Source: Candidatus Hadarchaeota archaeon | GTDB lineage: Archaea; CAYQAE01; CAYVLA01 | Assembly (NCBI GenBank): GCA_964452145.1 | Contig: CAYVLA010000006.1 | Coordinates: 16,409 to 80,408 of the forward strand | DNA length: 64,000 bases | Direction of reading: 5' to 3' | In this document: piece by piece, positions 28,633 through 37,438 of the stretch | Layout: every line of letters starts with the position of its first letter | Numbering within the stretch: position 1 is the first letter of the stretch | The notes under the pieces: model-generated | What the model was told of the DNA's origin: nothing | Seen by the model: the letters and a program-made list of their open reading frames with translations, nothing else | The model's database searches: none | Made by a program: the position numbers and the translations under genes

Positions 28633-30762
28633 GTGGGATCGCACTGGCCGGACCTCGAGCGGTCGGGCAACTCCTCCAGGGAGAGATTTATCCTCCATGA
28701 GCCGTCTCCGCTTCGCCAGGGAGTTGACAAACTGAAGCTCGCGTTCACATGTCGAAGGGGCAACGACCTATACGAGATCGTGTCATCACAAGACGGAAGA
28801 ACCATCCGCTACGATGACCCCGCGCAGGCCATTGATGGGGCGGGGAAAGAAGGCGGCGCGCTGATCCTCGCCGAGGAGTACCCCTCCACCGGGACCAGGA
28901 TCGAGGAATCCTGGATAAGACAGGCCTCCGAGAACGATGTCAGGCTTTTCGTTGAATATCCCAGCTCCATGCCCGGCCTTTCCGTAGGAAAGCCGATCAC
29001 TGCGCGATGGGAGAGGGCCGTCGTCACCTCGGACTGCTTCGGGCCCGAACTGGCGAGGATGAGGATACTGGACCTCCATGGATGCAGCTTCGTGCCGCTG
29101 AAGGCCACGGATCCCTGCTTGGTTCTTGCAAGGGTCGCTGGCTTCGATAGCGCCTCCTACGGCCTGCCTGCCACGGTCTACCCATTGCTGTTCAAACACC
29201 CCGGGCTTGATTTCCTCATATCCACCACGAAGCTGACCAATTTCGTCACGGCAAGGTACAGCCCGACGGAAGCATGGGCTTACGTGTGGAGGACGATCCT
29301 ATCCTGGCTGACCCGGGACACATATCGACCTGAAGTACATTGGACGCCGACGGTCCGTCCCCGCTATGGGAAGGAACAGGTTGTGCCCAATGATGTGGAA
29401 CTGGACACCTTCATGCGGGGCATCCGTTGGTTCCACAGATCGGGCATCATCGTTGCACGGAATGAAGGCACCCCGGAAGGGGTCGACATGTGCAGAGGCG
29501 ACGGCACTAAGGGGATCTACGAGGGCTTCTCATCCCTTGTACGTACGGACGGAAGCCAGCCAATGGCGAAGAGCCTCCGCAATGATTGCATCGGGGAAGC
29601 AGCGGGAGCCATAGCAATTGGAGCCCTGATCAGGGACGATGAGGAAGGGCGAAAGATTGCTTCCAACCTGAACGACTACATCTACCATCACTCCGTGTTC
29701 GCCAAAGGCCCGAGGGCCGACCCCGAGAGCCCTTCATACGGCTTGCTGAGCTGGGCCGCCCACCCTCCCTCTGATGGGATCTACTACGGCGATGACAACG
29801 CCCGGAGCATGTTAGGCACCATGCTTTCATCTGCCGTCCTTAAGTCGAGCCGTTGGGACGAGGGCCTTCTGCGTTGCCTCATGGCCAACCTGAGGACCAC
29901 GGGGACGCTGGGCTTCCGAGGACACAGGCTGGAGGAGCCCGAACTGCAGGAAAAGGGCTGGCAACACTTCGCCAGCCGGTCCATAACCGACTACGCTCCT
30001 CACTATGAGGCGTACCTCTGGGCATGTTTCCTGTGGGCGTTCAGAGCCACCGGATACGCTCCGTTCCTTGAGAAGGCAAGGAGCGCCATCGCGATGACGA
30101 TGGAGGCGTACCCGGATGAATGGGAATGGACCAACGGGATCGCCCAGGAGCGGGCAAGGTTCCTGCTTCCTCTGGCCTGGCTGGTGAGAGTGGAGGACAC
30201 GGCGGAACATCGTTCATGGCTCAGGGCCATGGGGGAGGAGGTCATCTCCAGACAGGACAGATGCGGAGCCCTCAGAGAGGAGATCGGCGGCCCGGGTAAG
30301 GGCCACTACGGGCCCCCCAGGTCCAACGATGAGTACGGCACCAACGAGGCGACACTGCTGGAGAAAAACGGCGATCCGATATGCGACATGCTGTACACCA
30401 CCAACTTCGCTTTCCTGGGGCTGCGTGAGGCGGCCGAGGCAACCCGCGAGACGATCTTCATCAATGCAGAGGAGAGACTGGCCAAGTTCCTGTGCCGCAT
30501 ACAGGTCCGATCCGAGAAGCACCCAGAGCTGGATGGGGCCTGGTTCAGAGGCTTCGACTTCGGCAGATGGGATTACTGGGCCAGTAATGCCGACCTTGGC
30601 TGGGGCGTCTGGTCCATCGAGAGCGGATGGACCCAAAGCTGGATCGTCTCAGTCCTCGGACTACGCCAGATGAAGACCTCCCTCTGGGAAATCGCGGCCC
30701 AGACAGAGATCGCTCTACACCTCAAAGGACTTCTCAAAGCCATGCTTCCGGAAGAGCGGTAG
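28633..30762 (+). CDS. Large hypothetical protein with probable (alpha/alpha) toroid C-terminal domain
   Basis: 709-aa ORF. Aromatic/acidic motifs (YYGDDNAR, YAPHYEAY, WTNGIAQERAR, GWGVWSIESGW) resemble glycosidase-type helical barrels. Confidence 0.7.
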   Translation: MGSHWPDLERSGNSSRERFILHEPSPLRQGVDKLKLAFTCRRGNDLYEIVSSQDGRTIRYDDPAQAIDGAGKEGGALILAEEYPSTGTRIEESWIRQASENDVRLFVEYPSSMPGLSVGKPITARWERAVVTSDCFGPELARMRILDLHGCSFVPLKATDPCLVLARVAGFDSASYGLPATVYPLLFKHPGLDFLISTTKLTNFVTARYSPTEAWAYVWRTILSWLTRDTYRPEVHWTPTVRPRYGKEQVVPNDVELDTFMRGIRWFHRSGIIVARNEGTPEGVDMCRGDGTKGIYEGFSSLVRTDGSQPMAKSLRNDCIGEAAGAIAIGALIRDDEEGRKIASNLNDYIYHHSVFAKGPRADPESPSYGLLSWAAHPPSDGIYYGDDNARSMLGTMLSSAVLKSSRWDEGLLRCLMANLRTTGTLGFRGHRLEEPELQEKGWQHFASRSITDYAPHYEAYLWACFLWAFRATGYAPFLEKARSAIAMTMEAYPDEWEWTNGIAQERARFLLPLAWLVRVEDTAEHRSWLRAMGEEVISRQDRCGALREEIGGPGKGHYGPPRSNDEYGTNEATLLEKNGDPICDMLYTTNFAFLGLREAAEATRETIFINAEERLAKFLCRIQVRSEKHPELDGAWFRGFDFGRWDYWASNADLGWGVWSIESGWTQSWIVSVLGLRQMKTSLWEIAAQTEIALHLKGLLKAMLPEER

Positions 30763-30771
30763 GACGGCACA

Positions 30772-32079
30772 TCAGTGCTTGGTGTTGGCTGCAGCTTCAA
30801 GCCGGTCGAATATCCTCCACAGCAATAGCATAGCCCGGGGAACATGGAAGCAGCCCTTCCACTTCCCTCCCTTCAGCGGGATCAGGACGTTGCCCGCCCG
30901 GTCAAGATAGCCCCACCACTCGCCGTACTCAGGATCGGGGAAATGGCTCCACGCATACTCATGCACCCTGCAATACCATTCCCAACACTTCCTGTCTTGG
31001 GTCACCTCGTAGGCAAGGGCCAGGCCCACCAACGCCTCCAGATGGACCCACCACAGCTTCTGGGACCATTCCAGCTGGAGCGGAGGCTTCCCCATGGAGT
31101 CCAGATAGTAGAAGATCCCCCCGCACTTCCGGTCCCAGCCGAACTCAAGCTGCCCGAGCATCGCGTTCATCGCCGGCCGAACGCAGTCCTCCCTCCCCAG
31201 GCGTCGGGCAACATCCATGATGAACCACATGGCCTCTATGCCGTGGCCGGGCAGTATGCATCGACCCTCGAAGGTGTCGGGATGGCCTCCATCGGGGAAG
31301 ACGTTCTCGTAGATCAGGCCCCGCTGTGGATCAACAAGACGACCCATGACCAGGTTGAGGTTATCCACGGCAACCTGCTCAAGCATGGGGTCCTCCAGAT
31401 GGGATGAAAGCTCCAAAGATAGATTGATCGTTATCATCGGCAGGGCAAGAGAAATCAGGGGGCGCGTCCCGGGGTAGACCTTGGAGTAGATGCCCTTCGG
31501 ATTGTCCTTGCGCCTCTGGATGTTCCTGTAGGTCGCCAATGCCATCTCCTTTGCCCAGTCCTCCCCGGTGGCTTTGAAGTACTCGGAGAAGGCCATTGAC
31601 GCGAAGCAGTCCGAGAAGATGTTGTAAGGCTGCACCAGCGGCCTGCCCTCTCGATTCAGGGCGAAGTAGTAGTTGCCGCCTTCGTCGGATCCGTGGCGTC
31701 GAAGGAATTCGGCACCGAGGGAAGCGATCTCGAGCCACTCGGACTTGGCCTGCACCTCGTTGTAGAGCTTTGAATAGGTCCAGACCTGCCTTGCCTGCAG
31801 CCAGACGAACTTGTCGGTGTCGTAGACCCTTCCCTGTCGATCAAGGCATGTGAAGTAGCCACCGTGCTCTCGGTCGAGGGAATGGTCGCTCCAGAAGGGA
31901 ACGATATCATCCAACAACGTGTGCCTGTAGAGCGGGCCGAGCTCCGACGCATCGGGAATGTGTACACCACCTGGTCCCCAGAATTCGGTGGACGGTGAGA
32001 GTCTGCCGGGCTGGTTATAAGTGTGCGGGCGGCCTCCCAGAATGGCCCCTGATTCCTGTGGGGTGAGCGTCGAACCCAT
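30772..32079 (-). CDS. AGE family epimerase (N-acyl-D-glucosamine 2-epimerase-like)
   Basis: LLDDIVPFW, DKFVWLQARQVW, PGHGIEAMWF, KLWWVHLE and KGCFHVPR motifs. Start uncertain. Confidence 0.92.
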   Translation of the reverse strand: MGSTLTPQESGAILGGRPHTYNQPGRLSPSTEFWGPGGVHIPDASELGPLYRHTLLDDIVPFWSDHSLDREHGGYFTCLDRQGRVYDTDKFVWLQARQVWTYSKLYNEVQAKSEWLEIASLGAEFLRRHGSDEGGNYYFALNREGRPLVQPYNIFSDCFASMAFSEYFKATGEDWAKEMALATYRNIQRRKDNPKGIYSKVYPGTRPLISLALPMITINLSLELSSHLEDPMLEQVAVDNLNLVMGRLVDPQRGLIYENVFPDGGHPDTFEGRCILPGHGIEAMWFIMDVARRLGREDCVRPAMNAMLGQLEFGWDRKCGGIFYYLDSMGKPPLQLEWSQKLWWVHLEALVGLALAYEVTQDRKCWEWYCRVHEYAWSHFPDPEYGEWWGYLDRAGNVLIPLKGGKWKGCFHVPRAMLLLWRIFDRLEAAANTKH

Positions 32080-32108
32080 CTTGCCGCGCTCTTCTTCCGA
32101 TGGCTTCG

Positions 32109-32330
32109 CTAGATCGGCAGATCGCAGCCTTCTCTGACGTCCTTGAACAACTCCCCCGATATGATGATCTGCCTCTTGGTTTCGCGCGATATCTGATCGG
32201 ATTTGAGCCTGAAGTCCCGGGAGATGCGCACGGGCGAGCATCTCTGCTTGATCTCGATTATGCAACGACCGTCCTCTAGCAGGATCTCCCTCGAGCAACC
32301 TGCGTCAAGACATAACCTGACCCTGGTCAT
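32109..32330 (-). CDS. Small hypothetical protein (73 aa)
   Basis: Has its own TATA-like element (TATATTTAAA) about 30-40 nt upstream of the ATG and does not overlap larger genes. Confidence 0.5.
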   Translation of the reverse strand: MTRVRLCLDAGCSREILLEDGRCIIEIKQRCSPVRISRDFRLKSDQISRETKRQIIISGELFKDVREGCDLPI

Positions 32331-32361
32331 GGCCGACTCTTGGCGTCTGCGCGTTCGACCC

Positions 32362-32373
32362 TTTTAAATATAT
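32362..32373 (-). promoter_or_regulatory. Candidate archaeal TATA box
   Basis: ATATATTTAAAA upstream of the ORF starting at 32330. Confidence 0.45.
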
Positions 32374-32434
32374 CGGCACAAAGCTAACCTTGAATCGGCG
32401 AAAAGTGTACCCAAACTGCCGTGAAGCCTCCAGA

Positions 32435-32842
32435 TCAGGGCAGGCCCCAAGCGATCGTTCTGGAAGGCCTGATCACCAGCATCTGGGCATCGTCCTCCTT
32501 GATCGGCCAGGTCCGTTCCCACTTCGGATACTTGCCGTACACAAGCTCCCTGCCCTTCCTAAACAGGGGGCCTTTTGTCTCAAACCACGCCTCGCCGAAT
32601 ACGATGACCCCGCGATTCTTCTCCCAGCTCAGATACTCATCGACGATGAACGCGACCTTCCTGTTCCTCTGGATGTTGCGTCCCTTCTTGGTCTCCAGAT
32701 CCGTGTTGATGTATATCAGATCCTCATCGTTTGCGTAGCACAGGGCTGCGACATGCGGGACTCCCTCCGGAGTCGCGGTGGCGAGTCTCCCCACGGGCTG
32801 CCCTTCCAAGTATTCGCGCTCCACGGCTGAAAAACTCGGCAT
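32435..32842 (-). CDS. Pyridoxamine 5'-phosphate oxidase-like (split beta-barrel, FMN/F420-binding) protein
   Basis: VGRLATATPEGVPHV, KKGRNIQRNRKVAFIVD and GVIVFGEA motifs. Confidence 0.88.
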   Translation of the reverse strand: MPSFSAVEREYLEGQPVGRLATATPEGVPHVAALCYANDEDLIYINTDLETKKGRNIQRNRKVAFIVDEYLSWEKNRGVIVFGEAWFETKGPLFRKGRELVYGKYPKWERTWPIKEDDAQMLVIRPSRTIAWGLP

Positions 32843-32930
32843 CTCTATCTCCGCCTGTTGTTGGGGTTGTCCAAGGTTCTTAAGAATATCCGCTCCGGCA
32901 TGGGAGGCCGGCACGAACACCCGTGAGCCA

Positions 32931-34256
32931 TCAGCGGCCGCTGGAATCCCGAGACACCGCTTCGCTGAGCCGGGTGCTCTCAACCGGCCTGTACAGTCTT
33001 CTTCTGACCATGAGACTCCACACAGTCACGCTGCAGATCAGGACTGTGGAGGAAACGGCGATCCATTCGAAGACGAATATCCACAGAAGGGTCCTTCTCT
33101 TCAGATCCGCAAGATGGTCCTCGATGATGGGATAGGCCTCCATGACCGCGCGGAGGAGTTCGGACGCCAATGCGATATCCCCTGTCAGGTACTTCCGCTC
33201 CGCTTCCGAGACGGCGGGGCCAAGGAGTCTGAGTTCCTCCTCGATCCGGTCCAGCCTAGCTCCCAACTTGTCAACGAATTCCATCGTCGACAGCGTCACC
33301 GACTTCCGCGTACGCACATCGATGAAGAGCTCCCTGGTCCTGTGGGCAAGCTCAAGGTCCTCGGGGGGAAGAATATCTGCAAGGAAGTAGATCTGGTTGT
33401 ATGTCAGGTCGGGCATGTACCTGTAGTTCTGGAATACGTGTTCGGGCGGATTGTGCCAGCCCTGTCCCAGCTGTAGCGTCCTTCCCGATCCATAGGTGCC
33501 TGTGACCAGAACCGGCGTATTCCTGCCCTTCCATATCGCGTGGACCACGCTGCCCGGCCTAGGCCATATGTCGCCGCCGTGGTTGCCCAGTACCTGCATG
33601 GGCTGTTTCTCGATATCGGGTAGGTTGAGTATCGGATCCTTCTTCACCACGGTCCAGTAGGTTCTTCCCATCTGTGATGGCACATCCGTGCCTAGATCGA
33701 CGTCGGCAGGAAACACGTCATAGAATGCAAGGTCCATCCAGATCCCGATCTGATTGCTGCCCGCACCGGCCCCCCAGAACATGAAGCAGATGAGCCCCAC
33801 ACCCAGCCCCTCTTCCTCGAGAGCTCGGTGAATGAAGCCCAGAACATTGCTCGGGATGATGGTGGGAGAGATGTTGTGGATTATCACGGCATCATAGCTC
33901 CCGTTCAGGGCCTGGTATGTCCTGGGCAGGTACAGCCGGGTCATCTTCTGGGCCACGGGGAGATCGATGAAGTAAACGTCGCAGGGCACGACGACCATGG
34001 AGAGCTTCGGCTCCGCCATGATCCACTGGAGCACAAGCTTGTTGGGCGGGAAGGAGGCATCCCCGAGATACAGGATCCTAGCCTTCAACGTGTGTTCATC
34101 GGTGCGCGAGAAGGCGGCGGTCAGACAGATCCAGGCCGGGCAGATGATGAATATGAGGGCAATGGCGGGTCTTGCGATCCGGGAGGCCACGCAGGGACAT
34201 CTGCCGGGAACCATAGATAATGATTTTCCGGATTCGAGCTGACGCAAGGTCCGCAT
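32931..34256 (-). CDS. Membrane-anchored GATase1-like surface protein, paralog 1 of 6
   Basis: Hydrophobic signal (IALIFIICPAWICLTAA), RLYLPRTY motif, helical bundle, and C-terminal LLWIFVFEW...WSLMVRRRLYRPVESTR. Start uncertain. Confidence 0.8.
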   Translation of the reverse strand: MRTLRQLESGKSLSMVPGRCPCVASRIARPAIALIFIICPAWICLTAAFSRTDEHTLKARILYLGDASFPPNKLVLQWIMAEPKLSMVVVPCDVYFIDLPVAQKMTRLYLPRTYQALNGSYDAVIIHNISPTIIPSNVLGFIHRALEEEGLGVGLICFMFWGAGAGSNQIGIWMDLAFYDVFPADVDLGTDVPSQMGRTYWTVVKKDPILNLPDIEKQPMQVLGNHGGDIWPRPGSVVHAIWKGRNTPVLVTGTYGSGRTLQLGQGWHNPPEHVFQNYRYMPDLTYNQIYFLADILPPEDLELAHRTRELFIDVRTRKSVTLSTMEFVDKLGARLDRIEEELRLLGPAVSEAERKYLTGDIALASELLRAVMEAYPIIEDHLADLKRRTLLWIFVFEWIAVSSTVLICSVTVWSLMVRRRLYRPVESTRLSEAVSRDSSGR

Positions 34257-34370
34257 GGCGTCCGGCAGACGTATTACGATACGAGCGACTGTTGTAGCAG
34301 GCAGGGCAGAAGACAATTCGGCGCTTTCCCAGCGTCAGCATTCGTCACCGAAATTCTGGCATTCACGGAT

Positions 34371-35498
34371 CTAGGGCGGCACCGGCCCCTTCGACACTCC
34401 CTGCCCATGCAGGACAAGTGAACGGATCTCCTTCACGCCCATTCCGGTGAGGCCAAGCTTCTCGACGGTTCTCCCTTCGCTCCAGTAGTCGGTGGCGTTC
34501 AGAAGAGACGCAACATGCACAGAAGCGTCTATCGTGGGAGTAGGCACGTTCAGCAGATCGCCCAGCGATGACATGGGAACCAGGCTCATCGGCACATCCT
34601 CAAACACGTAGCGATGGACGAGGCTGGACGGAGCTTTGACTCCTTGGTACCCAGGGGTTGCCTGTATGGCTTCGTAGAGAGATCTCCCGGGGGAATCGTA
34701 TGCAAGGTACAACCACTGCCGGGCCGTGTGCAGGTGGACGCCCAGAGCCTCCCCCAGAGCAACTCGTTCACGATCGAGGGACTCCAAGACCCTGGCGACG
34801 GACCGGGTCACTCCCTCGATGTAGAACTCGAAATCGGTGTGTTCGTCCTCGATTCGACCCGCATTGAGAATAGCGGTCCCGGGGTGGAAGATAGCGCCTA
34901 TGTTGTCCAGGCTTGTCTCCAATACGTTTGTTGCTGCGACAAACTGCGGGAACACCTTCCTGATGACCGCAAGGATCTGCGGGGTCTTGTGAGCCGGTAT
35001 GGCGGCCAGGGGGACCGAGTTCTTGATCCTGAGTATTCTGGCTCTGGCGAAGTCCTCGTGCCTCGAGACGTAGAGCAGGGTCTGCGTCTCGGCAACGATC
35101 ACATCGGCATCAACCTTTCTCTCTTCCCTTAAGACATGCAGGAACTCTACGGCTCCGAAGGTCCTGCCTGGGTTCAGAACGACGATCTGCCCGTCTTTCA
35201 GGTGCGATGCGCACTGTTCTGCCATGAACCTGTGACCCATCGCAGGGACGACGACCATAATGATGTCGGCGTCTTCCACGGCCTCCCCTATGTCGTGGGT
35301 TGCGTTGACTGCTGCCTGCCCTTTCACTGCACCGTCAACTTCGATCGCTCCGCGTGCCCGAATGTAGTCAATCCTTTCCGGACTGCGAGTGTAGACGCTC
35401 ACCGGATGGCCCATGATCGCCAGATGCCCTGCCATCGCCAGGCCTCCGTGACCAGCACCCAGCACAGCGAATTTGGGATTCTTCTCAGTTGCGGACAT
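34371..35498 (-). CDS. NAD(P)-dependent opine (octopine/nopaline-type) dehydrogenase family protein
   Basis: FAVLGAGHGG Rossmann motif, VLNPGRTFG, NIGAIFHP and RYVFEDVP motifs. ATG 35498 chosen. Confidence 0.9.
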   Translation of the reverse strand: MSATEKNPKFAVLGAGHGGLAMAGHLAIMGHPVSVYTRSPERIDYIRARGAIEVDGAVKGQAAVNATHDIGEAVEDADIIMVVVPAMGHRFMAEQCASHLKDGQIVVLNPGRTFGAVEFLHVLREERKVDADVIVAETQTLLYVSRHEDFARARILRIKNSVPLAAIPAHKTPQILAVIRKVFPQFVAATNVLETSLDNIGAIFHPGTAILNAGRIEDEHTDFEFYIEGVTRSVARVLESLDRERVALGEALGVHLHTARQWLYLAYDSPGRSLYEAIQATPGYQGVKAPSSLVHRYVFEDVPMSLVPMSSLGDLLNVPTPTIDASVHVASLLNATDYWSEGRTVEKLGLTGMGVKEIRSLVLHGQGVSKGPVPP

Positions 35499-35736
35499 AA
35501 CACGAGCCTGCAAGGTGCATATCTCCTTCCGGGCTAATATACATTCCCGGCCGGTGATCGGTGCCATGCTGTGCAACAGAATGGGCCATCGGACAGCGCG
35601 GTTAGGACTCAGACACTGCCGAGCAGATCTACTCACCCTATCATCGACGGCACCACGGACACACGTGGTGAGCCCGAGCTCAGCCGAATGACCCATTTGA
35701 CCGGAATCCGCGCGGATTGCCCCGCTCTCATTCCGC

Positions 35737-37398
35737 CTAGGAGATATCGCGCTGGACCCTTCTGATCCTTTCCCTTTCAGGCATTTTGTGAGCCGTCTTA
35801 GGGTCAACCGCGTAGCATGCTCCATCGATCATCCGTGTCTGGATCGAGCCCTTCGCATACTCGTTGCCCTTCAGATGCGGAGCGTCGAGGAGCCCCGTCT
35901 CAACCGCCCTCTTCAGAGTTGCGGGATCTGTCCACGGATCCTTCACATCCTCGTCGGCCAGACTCCTTATGGCCTCCAACAGAGTCCCCGCCTCTGCGAG
36001 CAGTTCCTCCTTCCGGGCCTGAACCCGAGGATCCAGCGTCACGTCGGGTAGTCCGCGTATGCAGTTGCTGATCACCCGTCTTGCGATCTTGCAGCTCTCC
36101 ACCACATCTTCGGGTGTTGCCGCGTGGTCGGCTTCGCAGTAGCCAACTACGTGGACTATCTCGGGTCCCAAGGCCATCTGCTGCATCACGGAGGATGCAA
36201 GGTGGCCCTTTGCCTCCGACATGTCTGATGGGTAGCTGAGCAGCCCCGTTCTGGTCTGCGTATGGATTGTGAAATCATCGTCAACCAAGCTCTGCGTTAT
36301 GTCCTTCTTGGCCAATTGCTTGGCCAAGTCCATCAAGAAGGACTCTCCAGGAGGCAGGTTGAACATGCGAGTTCCCACATAGTGCCGAACTCCCATCCTC
36401 TTGGCGTTGTATGCGCTTAGGAACTCGACCGCGACGGCGATCGTGTCAGAAGAAGACCGTAGCTCCCAGTGATGGGGCTCATTCAACTCCACCGGGATGT
36501 CCCTCTCGCCATGCCATCTCATCAGTTCTTGATGAACCCTGATGGCCTCCTCAAGCGCCAGCGGGCCTCGCTTGTCCAGCCTGCTGAACCAGAAGAGAGG
36601 TATGGCAGCGAAGCAGTTCCGGATGGTTTCGACCAGCATCTCAGCCATCTCGAACAGATCGCTGGTGCCTTGGTAGCATCTCAGCAAGGGATGATTGCCG
36701 CACCGGGTCGCACTGTATAGCTCGACGAAATCGTCGCGCGTTCTGAGAGGCACGCCTCCGGCGCCCTTCCTTTGCGGGTCCTGTCTATCGGGATGGAAGA
36801 GGTTCTCCTGTGCGTCCTGATCCGGTGCAATGGATATGATGTCGACCGTCTTGGACTCCGCGATCCTCCGGATTCCTCGGAAGGTCTCTTCAAGCGACGG
36901 GAGTCCGAAATGATGCCGGATTACCGGGTAAGGCCTCTTCCACTCAATCCTGTCGACCAAGGTACTCGGGTACGATTCCGAAGCGGGGCCTGCCCGCTCC
37001 TGGGTTCTCAGATAGGATATGACGTCATCCACGGGTTCGGTTCCGTCGAAGACTGCCTCGAAGATGCCCATATCCCTGGCAACCTTGGCTACAGGAGGGG
37101 TCCCGCCGAAGGCATATTTCCTTTCAAGCAGACCAGCCTCTCTGAGCGCGTTCTTCAGGGACGCCAAATGGTAGCTGCCCGATTCCGGGCTCAGCCTGTA
37201 GCTGACGCCGACTATGTAGGGGTCTGCCTCGCGGATTGCGCCCACGAGTTCCCTGGGAGACAGCGCGGCACCCAGGAAAGAGGTCCGGTACCCATACTGC
37301 TCCGCGAGGTTCAGGAAGTTGAAGATTCCGGCCACATGAATGTCCTCGCCTATGGCACCAGCAACAATGATTCGTCTAGGCTTCCGCCGGGCACTCAA
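35737..37398 (-). CDS. Single-chain cobalamin-dependent mutase-like enzyme (N-terminal B12-binding Rossmann domain + TIM barrel)
   Basis: EDIHVAG (DxHxxG), VSYRL and FGGT B12-domain motifs, followed by a catalytic-type barrel (PVIRHHFG, KGAGGVP, HHWELR, HIVHVV-like EIVHVVGYCEA). TTG start with AGGTGG RBS. Confidence 0.85.
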   Translation of the reverse strand: MSARRKPRRIIVAGAIGEDIHVAGIFNFLNLAEQYGYRTSFLGAALSPRELVGAIREADPYIVGVSYRLSPESGSYHLASLKNALREAGLLERKYAFGGTPPVAKVARDMGIFEAVFDGTEPVDDVISYLRTQERAGPASESYPSTLVDRIEWKRPYPVIRHHFGLPSLEETFRGIRRIAESKTVDIISIAPDQDAQENLFHPDRQDPQRKGAGGVPLRTRDDFVELYSATRCGNHPLLRCYQGTSDLFEMAEMLVETIRNCFAAIPLFWFSRLDKRGPLALEEAIRVHQELMRWHGERDIPVELNEPHHWELRSSSDTIAVAVEFLSAYNAKRMGVRHYVGTRMFNLPPGESFLMDLAKQLAKKDITQSLVDDDFTIHTQTRTGLLSYPSDMSEAKGHLASSVMQQMALGPEIVHVVGYCEADHAATPEDVVESCKIARRVISNCIRGLPDVTLDPRVQARKEELLAEAGTLLEAIRSLADEDVKDPWTDPATLKRAVETGLLDAPHLKGNEYAKGSIQTRMIDGACYAVDPKTAHKMPERERIRRVQRDIS

Positions 37399-37438
37399 GG
37401 TTCCACCTTGCTCTGATGATATTCCTCATATGGGTCCT

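Noticed and set aside
35499-35825. 109-aa N-terminal extension of the opine dehydrogenase, or a hidden small mutase subunit in this gap
   Set aside because: The extension overlaps the upstream gene and is not protein-like, and no other frame gives an OraS/GlmS-like ORF.
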